A DNA stretch of 64,000 nucleotides from Oligoflexia bacterium (GTDB lineage: Bacteria; Bdellovibrionota; UBA1018): the NCBI GenBank assembly GCA_043732485.1, contig JAYTHP010000114.1:846-64845 (forward strand). Direction: 5' to 3'. The notes beneath the pieces are model-generated. The model did no database searches, was not told the origin of the DNA, and saw nothing but the letters and a program-made list of their open reading frames with translations. The position numbers and the translations under genes were made by a program. This document shows, piece by piece, positions 9,288-19,065 of this stretch. The stretch's first letter is position 1. Every line of letters begins with the position of its first letter.

Positions 9288-10285
9288 CGCTCTACAACGA
9301 AGCCACCCTTTACGAAATCCTTGATATCCACAACACCGCCTCCTCGCAGGAGGTCAGGTACGGCTATCTGAAAAGCAAATCGGTGTTTCAAAAAGACAGT
9401 CTAGCCACCTACACCCTGATTTCCCGCGAAGAACGCGAGCAGGCGCTGGCCAAAATTGAAGAAGCCTATCTCGTCTTAACCGATCCCAAACTGCGCCACG
9501 AGTACGATCATCGCTGTAAGTTCTTAGAAGAAGAGGACTTCTTCACCCCCCCACAACCAGAAACTCAGCTCGGACCCTCAGGCCCGCTCAGTCATCCCTT
9601 CGCGCTTGCGTCAAACCCCGCGTCCGCCGAGCCTCGGTCGCAATCCTCAAGCGCGCTGACCGTTCAAGACCCCTTTAGCATCGGTGATTTTTCGCTTGCC
9701 AGCTGCCAACCCCTTTCCGAGGCCTTCCTCATTGCCCCAAGCACCGACGCCAACCACTTTCCTGCCATCGCACCCCCGCCCTCGGTGTCCCTCAACGACA
9801 GCGACAGCAGCAGTAGCACCACCACCTATCCCGCCACAACTCGGCCGCCGCAGCATCCCACCTCACTCAGTGCCTACGCATCACCCTACAGCGATGAGGG
9901 TGATCAAGCGTTTGCTCGCAACTCCAAAAATTTCTCAGAGCCGTTCCCCACGCAAACTGCTACCGCCACCACCGACAACGACGACTCCCCCTTTGCATCG
10001 GCTGCGGCTTCCTCCCCGGTCCTGCCACCTGCTTTTGATGCCAGCTTACCTTGGACCGGCAACCAACTGAAACTCAGCCGCATTGCCGCCAAATTATCGG
10101 TCGAAGAACTCAACGCCACCACCAAAATCCCGAAACACTATATCTTGGCGCTAGAAAATGAGCACTTCTCAAAGCTCCCAGCCAGGGTCTATGTGCGGGG
10201 TTTTGTCATCCAAATTGCAAAAACTCTCCGCCTACCGCAGGAAAGAGTAGTTCTTGAGTACTTATCGCGCTATAACCCAGCTTGA
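9284..10285 (+). CDS. J-like domain (no HPD) / low-complexity linker / RodZ-type HTH protein
   Basis: ATG 9284 overlaps the MinD-like stop (ATGA). The N-terminus LYEILDI...EVRYGYLKSK...ALAKIEEAYLVLTDPKLRHEYD resembles J-domain helices, but the HPD loop is absent. The C-terminus LSVEELNATTKIPKHYILALENEHFSKLPARVYVRGF resembles the RodZ/HTH_25 module. Confidence 0.6.
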   Translation: MTLYNEATLYEILDIHNTASSQEVRYGYLKSKSVFQKDSLATYTLISREEREQALAKIEEAYLVLTDPKLRHEYDHRCKFLEEEDFFTPPQPETQLGPSGPLSHPFALASNPASAEPRSQSSSALTVQDPFSIGDFSLASCQPLSEAFLIAPSTDANHFPAIAPPPSVSLNDSDSSSSTTTYPATTRPPQHPTSLSAYASPYSDEGDQAFARNSKNFSEPFPTQTATATTDNDDSPFASAAASSPVLPPAFDASLPWTGNQLKLSRIAAKLSVEELNATTKIPKHYILALENEHFSKLPARVYVRGFVIQIAKTLRLPQERVVLEYLSRYNPA

Positions 10286-10286
10286 G

Positions 10287-11381
10287 ATGACTGAAGAAAC
10301 AAAAATACTGACTTGGATCGTTCCCGCCGCAGCCGGCCCTGAAACCCCCAACGCAACTGGAGAAAACGACCCTCCTCCTACGACAACGACGCCTCCCTTG
10401 CGCGCGGATTTAGCGCTTTTTCAAGCCTTAAAACTTCCTTCCTTGCTGGAAGAAACGCACTTCAGTCGCAATCAACTGAAAAATTTGATGCTTGCCCAGA
10501 AAATCACTCGTAACGGGCGTCCCCTCAAGCCCCACCAACTGCTAGTGCCAGGTGACGTGATTCGGCTGGAAATTCCACCGCTTACCTCGCTGACGCTGAT
10601 CCCCGAAGAAGGCGCACTGGACATTCTCTTTGAAGATTCCGACCTACTGGTGATCAATAAGCCGCCAGGCCTCACCGTCCATCCCTCCCCCACGCAACTC
10701 ACGGGCACCCTAGTGCACCGGCTGTTGTACCAAATTCACGACTTAAGCGGGATTGGCGGGGTCGCACGCCCGGGGATCGTGCACCGACTGGATAAAAACA
10801 CTAGCGGAGCGTTAGTCATCTCCAAGTCCGACCGCGCGCACTTGAAACTATCGGCCGCTTTTGCGGCCCACACCATTGAGCGCAAGTACTGGGCCTTATG
10901 CTACGGCGCGCCCTCGGACCCGGAAACCTTCAAAAAACCACTCGAAATCCGCACCCAAATCGGTCGGCACCCCAGCGAACGCACCAAGATGTCGATCCAC
11001 CCAAAAAACTCGCGCAGCAGGCTTGCCATCAGCCAGGTGCAATCGCGCCTCCATTTTGCTTTACCCCAGAAAAAACCCTTTGCTTCCTGGCTGGAAGTCA
11101 GCCTGCAAACCGGCCGTACCCACCAAGTGCGGGTACACTTGCAAAGCGCCGGACACGCGATCCTGGGCGACCCCCTGTACGGCACGCCCACGACGCGTGA
11201 TCCGAAGTGGAAGCAACTGCCGCGCGCCATTCAAGAAGCCATCGAACAGCTGCCCGGTCAAGCGCTCCATGCCCGGGTGTTAGGCTTCGAGCACCCAGTG
11301 AGCGGCAAAGCTCTCCGTTTTGAAGCAAGTCCACCGGCTGCCTTCCAAAACCTCCTCACTTTGTGCCAGCAGTTTATGTGA
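10287..11381 (+). CDS. rluD: RluA/RluD-family 23S rRNA pseudouridine synthase
   Basis: Contains an S4-like N-terminal part, LLVINKPPGLTVHPS, the catalytic HRLDKNTSGALV and GRTHQVRVHL. The start is taken at ATG 10287, 2 nt after the upstream stop. Confidence 0.9.
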   Translation: MTEETKILTWIVPAAAGPETPNATGENDPPPTTTTPPLRADLALFQALKLPSLLEETHFSRNQLKNLMLAQKITRNGRPLKPHQLLVPGDVIRLEIPPLTSLTLIPEEGALDILFEDSDLLVINKPPGLTVHPSPTQLTGTLVHRLLYQIHDLSGIGGVARPGIVHRLDKNTSGALVISKSDRAHLKLSAAFAAHTIERKYWALCYGAPSDPETFKKPLEIRTQIGRHPSERTKMSIHPKNSRSRLAISQVQSRLHFALPQKKPFASWLEVSLQTGRTHQVRVHLQSAGHAILGDPLYGTPTTRDPKWKQLPRAIQEAIEQLPGQALHARVLGFEHPVSGKALRFEASPPAAFQNLLTLCQQFM

Positions 11382-12079
11382 GTCTGCGAGAGCGTGAGAG
11401 AGCAAGCGCGAACAAAAGCGATCTCAAGATAAGGGATTGAGGCAGAGGAAAACGCGGGGTCACAATAGGCCCTTGCTAGGCACCAAGGTAGGGCGAGAGA
11501 TTGCCGCTCCTGCCTAGATGCAGATCGCGGAGATGCACATCTCATGCCCCACACTATCCTAAGGATCTCCCCTCCCCAGGAACTTGCAGAAAATTAAACA
11601 AATAGTATATTATCTACAATGAAGAGATAAGTGGTGAAAGAGACTCCTAGCATCAATAACCAGCCTCAGAAAACTTTAAAAGTAAGGGGTTGCAAAAAAA
11701 GATCTTCTTTTGCGACCTGAACACAAGCTTTTTGGCTTTAAGAAATGATCAAGTAGCCTGGCAAGAAGAGGTAGCTGAGCGTGCACTGTGGGACCAGACG
11801 CTGCTTGATGGTCAAAAGTAACCAAGAAAACCGACAACCAACCATGAAGCACGCGCTACCGCTGGCCCTTAAGAGTCGAGACTTCAGGGTTCTGTCGGGC
11901 GGCCAAGCCAAACAAGTGGCAAATGCCCCCTTTCGATGAAGAGGTATGGATTGAAGGTGTGTGCATTGATGAGAGCAAAATTTTGATCTTTCAAGTGCCA
12001 AACGCGCCAAGAAGCACCCTAACCCCTTGCGGTTTCTACTGGCTTTTTTCGCCCGAACCGGCGATCACTCAGCACCAGT

Positions 12080-13552
12080 ATGAGAATCCCGACGCTTCAG
12101 CACCCTTTGCTCCATTTTTTTCTCTGCCTTCTCGGCGTGCTCACCTTACCTCAACCAGTCGAGGCGGGCGCGACCTTCTCGCAGCCTGACCCGCGACCGC
12201 CGCCCCTCATTCATCTACCTACTTTTGCAACCCCAGAAACTCACGGGCTAGGTACCGCTGGCAATGCCTTGACTGAAATGCCTGGAAACCCCTTAAGAAA
12301 CATCGCAGCCTTCTTAGACCCGCAATCTTTTATCCATCTCACGCTTTGCTCTTCGCACTTTCCACAGCAACTGACCCTCACTCCCGATGATATTATCTAC
12401 CGCAGACGGCATTGGCTAGGACCAGCTTTTGGACGTGCGACAGTTGACCTACCCACAATTTCTCAAGCAAAACTTCCGAGAACCTAAGAAAAGGCTGCCT
12501 TATTGCTCAAACGCCGTGAGACTTTAGCTCGCTGACCTGGCAGAGCTCGATCACTTCCTACAATCCGAGGCAGCAGGGCATTTTACCCGGGTGGCCTTCC
12601 GCTTTCAGGCTCACCCCGCCCCCGCAATTCCTGAAACAACCTGGAATCTTTTTCCACGCCTCACGCATGCCGTGGAATTAGACTTAGCCGTGAACCAACC
12701 TGGACCCGCCAGGGCCAGCGGACTGGCCAAAGTCCTCCCCCAGAGGGCACTGAAGACCCTTAACCTCGAAGGTAACCGGATTGGCCCCCAAGGAGCGCAA
12801 AGTCTCACCTTGGGCTTACCACAGACAGCTCTCACAGCGCTCAACCTTACCGTTAATCAAATCGGCACCCCAGGCGTCAAAGACCTCTCCCGAGAGGCTC
12901 TTCTTGACGCCTCTGCAATCGTTCAATCTCATGGGTAACGCGATTACCGCCGCAGGTGCCACCTTCCTTGCTCAAACGTTAATTGCATCTGACCTCACCG
13001 ACTTGAACTCAAGGTTCAATAATTTGCCGCTTGCAGTCAAAAAAATACAGCTCAGAGCTCTACCCCAAACAAGAATAGAGAGCCCTCCACTGCTGTCGAT
13101 CCATCCTCCCGAGATCCATCTACCCAAGGAAAAGCTACTCAACGAGTGCTCTGATGGCAATGATGATGGATCTTTACCAATATCGAGACTATTTTTTTAC
13201 TCTCTATTTAAGTTTTAGCCGCCTCAGCCAGAGCGCTGCAACCCAACTGACTGGCCAGTTGCGAAATTTACCCCGTTTCCGCTATCTCAATTTTCAGGGT
13301 TGCCGATTTCAGGGCAACGGCCTGAAATAAATGATTCAAAAAATCGCTGACGTACCTCTTCTCAGGAGCCTGGATTTAAGCGAAACTGGCGGTACACTAG
13401 ACGAGGTCTGCTTATTGATGGAGCGCTTTTCAGGGACCCACCCAGCGTTCGCGCTTGATCTTGCTGGGAACGGACTTAGCCAGATTGCCCAACACTTCAT
13501 CAGGCGAATCGCGCCTCCTCACTGGCACATCACCTTTGAGTCTTTATTTTGA
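12080..13552 (+). pseudogene. eukaryote-like F-box-like / RI-type leucine-rich-repeat protein, copy 1 (disrupted)
   Basis: The fragments lie in three frames. 12080-12487 carries a signal peptide plus MPGNPLRNIAAFLDPQSFIHLTLCSSH. 12591-12938 and 12781-13218 carry 28-aa repeats of type LxLxxNxIGxxGaxxL. 13331-13552 is the C-terminal module. An in-frame TAG at 12525-12527 sits where copy 2 has GAG. Confidence 0.75.
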
Positions 13553-13766
13553 ACCGCACATCCTCCTATTGCCGCGCTCGCCCTCCCGCCCTAAACCGCA
13601 GCCAATTTTCCTGTGAGTGCAAGACTAAGAGCGTAAGGACTGTGAGTGCTGGGGTGCTGCTTCAACGTCACCCCCTCAGAATTGCTGCTCTGCCTGTCAC
13701 AGGCGATGCCTTTTTTACGCCCTTGCTTGTGTTGACTAACAGCGTTCGTAGAAGACTCGCTCGCGT

Positions 13767-13784
13767 GTCGTCGTCGTCGTCGTC
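13767..13784. repeat. (GTC)6 trinucleotide microsatellite
   Basis: gtcgtcgtcgtcgtcgtc lies in the spacer between the two LRR pseudogene copies. Confidence 0.9.
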
Positions 13785-13939
13785 CTATCCCTTTCGGGAC
13801 AAAACCCCGGGCATCCCGCGTAAGCCCTTGACCCTCTGACAAAGCCTAAACTTAGGCTGCAAACAACCATCTGTTGCCCTTCTCTTTCTTCTGGCTTTTT
13901 GCGCTCGACTCTTCAATAATAAAAATATAAATTTACTTA

Positions 13940-15365
13940 AACTTCAACAGCCCTTGCTTATTTTTTGCCTCAGCCTGGTCTATACACTTAGAGTCTTGCA
14001 AGCCGCCTAAGCAGGGGTAGCATTCTCGCAGCCTAAATCCCAGCTTCCGGCAAACCCCCTCCCGCTCGCTGGAGTCACTGACTTGACTCAATTACCTGGA
14101 GCATTGCTCAGAGCCCTGGCGGCTGACTTAAACCCGAAATCCTTTCTCCATCTCATGCTTTGCTCTTCGCACTTGACACAACAACTGACGCTAGCCAATC
14201 CCGATATTGCCTACCGAAGACAACATGGCCAGGAACAGCTCTCAGATGTGCAATAGTTGACCTACCAGCAATTTCTTAGGCAAAACACCCGTGCCCCTAC
14301 AGCAAGGCTGCCTTATTTCTCAAACGCCGTGAAACTTGAGTTCGCTGACCTGGCCGAGCTCGATCACTTTTTACTATCCGAGGCAGCAGGGCATTTTCCC
14401 CGGGTGGCTATTCGCTTGCGAGCGACCACCGACGGACCCGATGAGATCCCTGAGGCAACCTGGAATCCTTTTCCTCGCCTCACGCACGCCGTGGAATTAG
14501 ACCTAGCCGTGAATAGACTTAGAGCCACCAGGGTCAGTCGAATGGCCAAAGTGCTCCCCCAGATGCCATTGAAAACCCTTTGACCTCGGAACTAACCAGA
14601 AGAGGCCGCAAGGAGCGCAACATCTCGCCTTAGCCCTGCCGCGAACCTCGCTCACCTCACTTACCCTTGACTTCCATGAAATTGGCGATGCAGGCGTCAA
14701 AGACCTGTCACGAGTACTTTTCCTGACCCATCTCCAATCGCTCAATCTCCTGCACAGCGGGATCACCAAAACAGGGGCAACCTTCCTCGCTCAAAGCTTG
14801 ATTCATTCAGAGACCTCGCATCCGTGGACTTGCGGTGGAATCCATTTTCCCATGCAAGGACACTCTTTCGCTAGCTGCCGCAAGTAAAAACTGGCTGACC
14901 CACCTTGCAATTGAAAGATTCAAGGGCTTGTCTACCAAATTTCCTCCTCCCCGCACGCGCATCGAGGATCAAGAAATGGAGCTAATCAGCAAGCAATCTA
15001 AATATGCAGATCGTGATTTGATCGTCTCCCTCGATCACTGTTTGATCAGTCAAAAATCCGCAACCCAACTTGCTAGTCAGTTTCTAAATTCACCTTTTCT
15101 CACTGGGCTCAGTCTAAACGATAGCCGCCTGCAAGGTAACGGCTTGCCGAAAATTAATAAAAAATTAAATGACATACCTCAACTCGTACTGCTCTATTTA
15201 AACAATGCTGGGATTACGCTTGCTGAGGTAGATTTATTAATTGAGTGCTTGCGACTGCCCCACTATCTCCTCATCTTTTTGCGCCTTGAGAAGAACGGCT
15301 TCAGCCCGGCTGAGCAATTCCTCATTCGACGAGCCGCGCCTTCCGATTGGCAGATCACTCTTTAA
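13940..15365 (+). pseudogene. eukaryote-like F-box-like / RI-type leucine-rich-repeat protein, copy 2 (disrupted)
   Basis: Colinear with copy 1. No start codon remains at the position matching 12080. There is a TAA at 14008-14010. 14011-14253 reads AGVAFSQP...LPGALLRALAADLNPKSFLHLMLCSSH, followed by TAG at 14254-14256 and then 14257-14583. A frameshift near 14580 precedes LRRs (TSLTSLTLDFHEIGDAGVKDLSR...) running to about 14850. The C-terminal 176 aa are intact at 14835-15365. Confidence 0.75.
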
Positions 15366-15405
15366 AGCGTCGCCACTACAAAATCACCTTGCCCGACCAC
15401 CCGCC

Positions 15406-16311
15406 TCAAACCGCGCTCCCTGTGAGCGCAATGACGGAGAGCTGGCGCTGCTTTGACAGACTCCCCGGCAAGTGAGTAGCTAAGTCAACAGTAGAATGAT
15501 TGCTGCTGCTTGCCACGACCGTCTGCTGCTGCCCTTGCCTGCGATAACTGTGATAGCGGTAGGCGCGCTCGTCGTTTTGCGCTCCCTCCTGGGGATCGTG
15601 ATTCTGGCGCCCACCCTCGCTGCCCATGGCGTTGCCGCTGAGCCTCCTACTCACCACTGCTCGCTGTTTCGTGCAGCACGTGCACTCTGAGTTCACCTCC
15701 ACTGCCGCAAACCCTATGCGACGCAGTTGCTCTGCCTGAATAGCGCGCAAATCCAACCGAAAACCCTGCTCAACCTGGGCAGGCGGCTGGACCCAGGCTG
15801 GGAATTGCGCATGAAACTGATAGAATAAGTCTTGGCTCACAACGTAACAGCAAGGACCAATGGCAGGGCCTAGGGCCGCCACAAAGTTTTTCGCTTGAAA
15901 GCCTTGTTGCTCGAGCTCTGCCCAGACCTTGCAGGCAATCTGAGCGAGCGTCCCGCGCCAGCCGGCATGAACCGCGACCACCGCTTGAGCCCGCACGTCT
16001 GCAAGCAAGAGGGGCACACAATCCGCAGTCACCACCGCTACCGGACAATACACGCGCCTGCTCCACAAGGCATCGACTGTCCCGCACTCCTGCCGACTCT
16101 GGGTCACTTCCACGAGCGCCGTGCCGTGCACTTGCTCCCAGCTCGGTTTGTGCTCTGCCCAGAACATCGGATCCATGAAGGGCGCAAGTGGACGGGGCAG
16201 CGGTTGTTGGAGGGTGCCAAAATAGTGCTGCACGCCCGGGATCTCCGAGAGCAGCGGACTGGAGTAAGACAGCGCAGGGGGACAGTGGGGTGGGGAAGGG
16301 ATCGTCAGCAC
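15406..16311 (-). CDS. pgeF: peptidoglycan editing factor / laccase-domain protein (YfiH family)
   Basis: Contains VTADCVPLLL, HAGWRGT, GPAIGPCCYVV and HSYRR. It uses a GTG start at 16311 with AAGGAG 9 nt upstream. There is a roughly 35-aa insertion before HSYRR and a C-terminal tail. Confidence 0.85.
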   Translation of the reverse strand: MLTIPSPPHCPPALSYSSPLLSEIPGVQHYFGTLQQPLPRPLAPFMDPMFWAEHKPSWEQVHGTALVEVTQSRQECGTVDALWSRRVYCPVAVVTADCVPLLLADVRAQAVVAVHAGWRGTLAQIACKVWAELEQQGFQAKNFVAALGPAIGPCCYVVSQDLFYQFHAQFPAWVQPPAQVEQGFRLDLRAIQAEQLRRIGFAAVEVNSECTCCTKQRAVVSRRLSGNAMGSEGGRQNHDPQEGAQNDERAYRYHSYRRQGQQQTVVASSSNHSTVDLATHLPGSLSKQRQLSVIALTGSAV

Positions 16312-16329
16312 GGGGGGCTTCTCCTTGGA

Positions 16330-16359
16330 TTCTACTTCTTTTGGTTCTACTTCTTTTGG
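16330..16359. repeat. 15-bp perfect tandem duplication upstream of pgeF
   Basis: ttctacttcttttgg occurs twice, 10-40 nt upstream of the pgeF RBS (minus strand ccaaaagaagtagaa x2). Confidence 0.9.
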
Positions 16360-16420
16360 TTTTCAAAGCGGCGTCTCACGACCCGGCCCCTGAAGCGCGC
16401 AGCGTGGAAGCTCGCCCCGA

Positions 16421-18151
16421 TCACGGGTCTTGAGCAAACGTTAAGTGCTCGAAATCCAGCATCCCAAAGGGGTTCAGCTTCAAGTTTTCAATGCGTTTGG
16501 CCGCGCCTAGGGTTTGGACGTAATGATACAACGGCACGACGATCGCCTGCTCGCGCAAGATCTGTTGCGCTGCCTGAATTTTCTGCACTCTTGCTGGCCC
16601 GGGCTCAAGGCTTGCGACTTCTTCCACCAGCTGATCGTAGGCGCTGTTGGACCAGCCTGAGAAGTTATTGGGATTGTGGCTGGTAAAGACCTGTAAATGA
16701 GACAGCGGATCGTGAATCGGCGCAAGCCAGGCCATGCGATACAAGGTCGGCGGATCGTCGGAGGCCAGTCGCGCCAGATAACTCTTCCAGTCCCAGTGCT
16801 GCAGCGTGATCTTCCAGTGCAATTCTTTGGCCAGGTCGGCTTGCACTTTTTCCATGATGCGAGAATTGCGGGCAGAGGAATCAAATCCCGCCACCAGCTC
16901 AGGAAAATTCATTCGCGCGGCTGGGGTTTGCGCCATATCGTGTAGCGCTTCGTGCGCCGTTTCGTGCAAGAGTGACCGCCAGGGTGCCTCGTTTTGATAG
17001 CCCTCCAGGCCTGGTGGGATCCAGCTCCACGCCGGCAGTTCTCCTGAGCCCAAAATATCGACAATTTCTTGACGGTGAATGGCAGACGCGACGGCTTGGC
17101 GCAGCGGCAACTGATTCATGGGGGCTTTCCGTACGTTGAAGCTCAGATAAAAGGTCGCAAAAAAGGGAAAGACCCGCAAATGACCGTCCTGGCGCAGACG
17201 CGGCAAATCAAAAGCAGAGACCCGGGTCATTAAATCGACCTGCCCTTGCAGGAAAAGCGCCATGGCGGTGGTGTCCTCAGCAATGACTTTCAGTTGAATT
17301 TCGTCCATTGCTAAGCCAACGACACCCGCATACAGCCGATAATGGGGGTTGCGCCGTAAGATAAAGTTTTGCTCCCAACGATGCAAAACGATCTGAAAAG
17401 CCCCCATCACCGGTGCCTCTTCAGGCCAAAGTCCTTGCGCTTGCTCAAGAATCGCTGGACGCAGCGGAAAGGCAGGCGGCAGGGTCAGGGCATGCAAAAA
17501 AGACGGCTGCGCGTGCTCCAAACGCACAATCAGCTGATCGTTTTCTTCAAAAACCCCTAACGCCGAAAGCGGCAACTGACCCGCCCGAATGGCTTTTAGC
17601 CCCTCAATCACCTCAAACAGCGGCAACAGCTTACTCACCTTACGACCATCGGCAAGCCTTTGAAAAGCGGCAATAAAATCACTGATTTGCAACCCGACAC
17701 CGTCCGACCAGCAAGCACCGGGCTTCAAACGAAAGGCGTAGCGTTTGCCTTGCTCACTGACCGAATAATGCTCAGCCAACTCGCGGCGCAACAACCCTGC
17801 GGCGTCATAGCCCACTAGCCCTAATGAAGTGAAATGCAACATCTGCAAGGCCACGCCGTCTTCTGCTAACAACGGATCTAAGCTCACCGGCTCGTAAGGA
17901 ATCTGGATCCGCAGGGTTTTTTTCATCCGCTCGGCTTGCCCCGACCACCCTGGAGCGTTCCACCAAGACAGCGGCCACGGCTTGCGCCCTTCCCACCAAC
18001 GCCCACCGCCGACGACGCCGCCCACACCCAAGATCAGCAGCCCAAGCAAAACGAGCAGCCGCAGCGTTCCAGACCCACGACCACCCCCCCCTGGGGCTAA
18101 CGCTGCTACTGCTACTGCTGCTGCCTGATTTTTTCCGGGGAAGCCCAGCAC
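16421..18151 (-). CDS. ABC transporter substrate-binding protein, family 5 (peptide/nickel type)
   Basis: The long ORF (track 16421-18223) has a signal-anchor LRLLVLLGLLILGV and SBP_bac_5-like organisation. GTG 18151 is preferred because AGGAG lies 5 nt upstream and it avoids overlap with divergent ccdA. The start remains uncertain. Confidence 0.7.
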   Translation of the reverse strand: MLGFPGKNQAAAVAVAALAPGGGGRGSGTLRLLVLLGLLILGVGGVVGGGRWWEGRKPWPLSWWNAPGWSGQAERMKKTLRIQIPYEPVSLDPLLAEDGVALQMLHFTSLGLVGYDAAGLLRRELAEHYSVSEQGKRYAFRLKPGACWSDGVGLQISDFIAAFQRLADGRKVSKLLPLFEVIEGLKAIRAGQLPLSALGVFEENDQLIVRLEHAQPSFLHALTLPPAFPLRPAILEQAQGLWPEEAPVMGAFQIVLHRWEQNFILRRNPHYRLYAGVVGLAMDEIQLKVIAEDTTAMALFLQGQVDLMTRVSAFDLPRLRQDGHLRVFPFFATFYLSFNVRKAPMNQLPLRQAVASAIHRQEIVDILGSGELPAWSWIPPGLEGYQNEAPWRSLLHETAHEALHDMAQTPAARMNFPELVAGFDSSARNSRIMEKVQADLAKELHWKITLQHWDWKSYLARLASDDPPTLYRMAWLAPIHDPLSHLQVFTSHNPNNFSGWSNSAYDQLVEEVASLEPGPARVQKIQAAQQILREQAIVVPLYHYVQTLGAAKRIENLKLNPFGMLDFEHLTFAQDP

Positions 18152-18175
18152 TTTCGCTCCTCTTTTTATGCCAGC

Positions 18176-19051
18176 ATGGTATGTTTTAAAAATATGCTCT
18201 CCCTTACTTCTTCGGTCATGCAAAATTTAACGGATAACCTCACCCATCTCCTGCAACTCGATGGGCAAATCGGCGGACAGGCGGCCTCAGGATTCACGCT
18301 CGCCCAACTCAGCTTGGCGATGGTTTTCGCCTATGGTGGTGGTATTCTCTCAAGCCTCACGCCTTGTGTCTACCCCTTATTACCCATCACTCTCAGCATG
18401 ATAGGAGGGGTAGAAAAGCAAAGTTGGCGTGAGATTGCAAGCCGCAGCCTGAGTTATATTTTAGGGATGACGGTGGTTTATGCCTCTTTAGGGGTTTTAG
18501 CCGGGCTGACGGGGAAGGTCTTTGGCAGTCTCACCCAAGGGGCGACCAGTTACTTCCTCTTAGGGATCATCATGACAGCTGCCGCCCTTTTGATGCTCGA
18601 AGTCCTAAGCTGGGATCCCTCGCAGTGGGGGAGCAAGCTGCTGGCACTGGTGAAAGCGCCGTTCACTCGCAAACCCACACTCACCTCACCTGCCGCCACC
18701 CCCCCCCTCCTCCTCACCCCCAAAGGTCCTGCAGGGAAGAAGAGCGTTTTTCTGCTCGGTTGCTCCTCAGGATTTATTGCAGCCCCCTGCACCACCCCGA
18801 TTTTAACAGTGATTTTAAGCTTTATTGCCAAAACCCAATCCGCAGTTTTTGGTTTTCTCCTGATGTTTGCTTTTTCCTGGGGCTTAGGCACGATCTTGCT
18901 TGCCATCACGATGGTGGGCGGCGCCTTGCACATCTTGCCCCGATCCGGTCCATGGTTACAAACCTTGCGCATCGGGAGCGGGCTTTTACTGCTCTTTTTT
19001 GCCGAATACCTGTTCTATTTCGCAGGCCGCATGGGAGGCGTGGTTCAGTGA
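18176..19051 (+). CDS. ccdA: cytochrome c biogenesis / thiol-disulfide transporter CcdA (DsbD-family membrane protein)
   Basis: SLTPCVYPLLPITLSMIGG is the first conserved Cys motif, and a second motif reads FIAAPCTTPIL. The protein is multi-TM. The start is ambiguous (18176, 18194 or 18218). Confidence 0.8.
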   Translation: MVCFKNMLSLTSSVMQNLTDNLTHLLQLDGQIGGQAASGFTLAQLSLAMVFAYGGGILSSLTPCVYPLLPITLSMIGGVEKQSWREIASRSLSYILGMTVVYASLGVLAGLTGKVFGSLTQGATSYFLLGIIMTAAALLMLEVLSWDPSQWGSKLLALVKAPFTRKPTLTSPAATPPLLLTPKGPAGKKSVFLLGCSSGFIAAPCTTPILTVILSFIAKTQSAVFGFLLMFAFSWGLGTILLAITMVGGALHILPRSGPWLQTLRIGSGLLLLFFAEYLFYFAGRMGGVVQ

Positions 19052-19065
19052 AGTCAGTAGCCTCA

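Noticed and set aside
11738-12189. 90-aa minus-strand and 88-aa plus-strand ORFs upstream of LRR copy 1
   Set aside because: The plus ORF overlaps the better-supported 12080 start in another frame. The minus ORF has no features. Both sit in a compositionally heterogeneous non-coding stretch.
15770-16686. 198-aa minus-strand and 263-aa plus-strand ORFs overlapping pgeF
   Set aside because: These are alternative-frame or antisense shadows of the well-supported pgeF frame. Their composition is Arg/Gly/Pro-rich junk.
18625-19065. N-terminal 147 aa of the 539-aa track ORF
   Set aside because: This part overlaps ccdA in another frame. The VKOR-like protein begins sensibly at in-frame ATG 19066, just after the ccdA stop.
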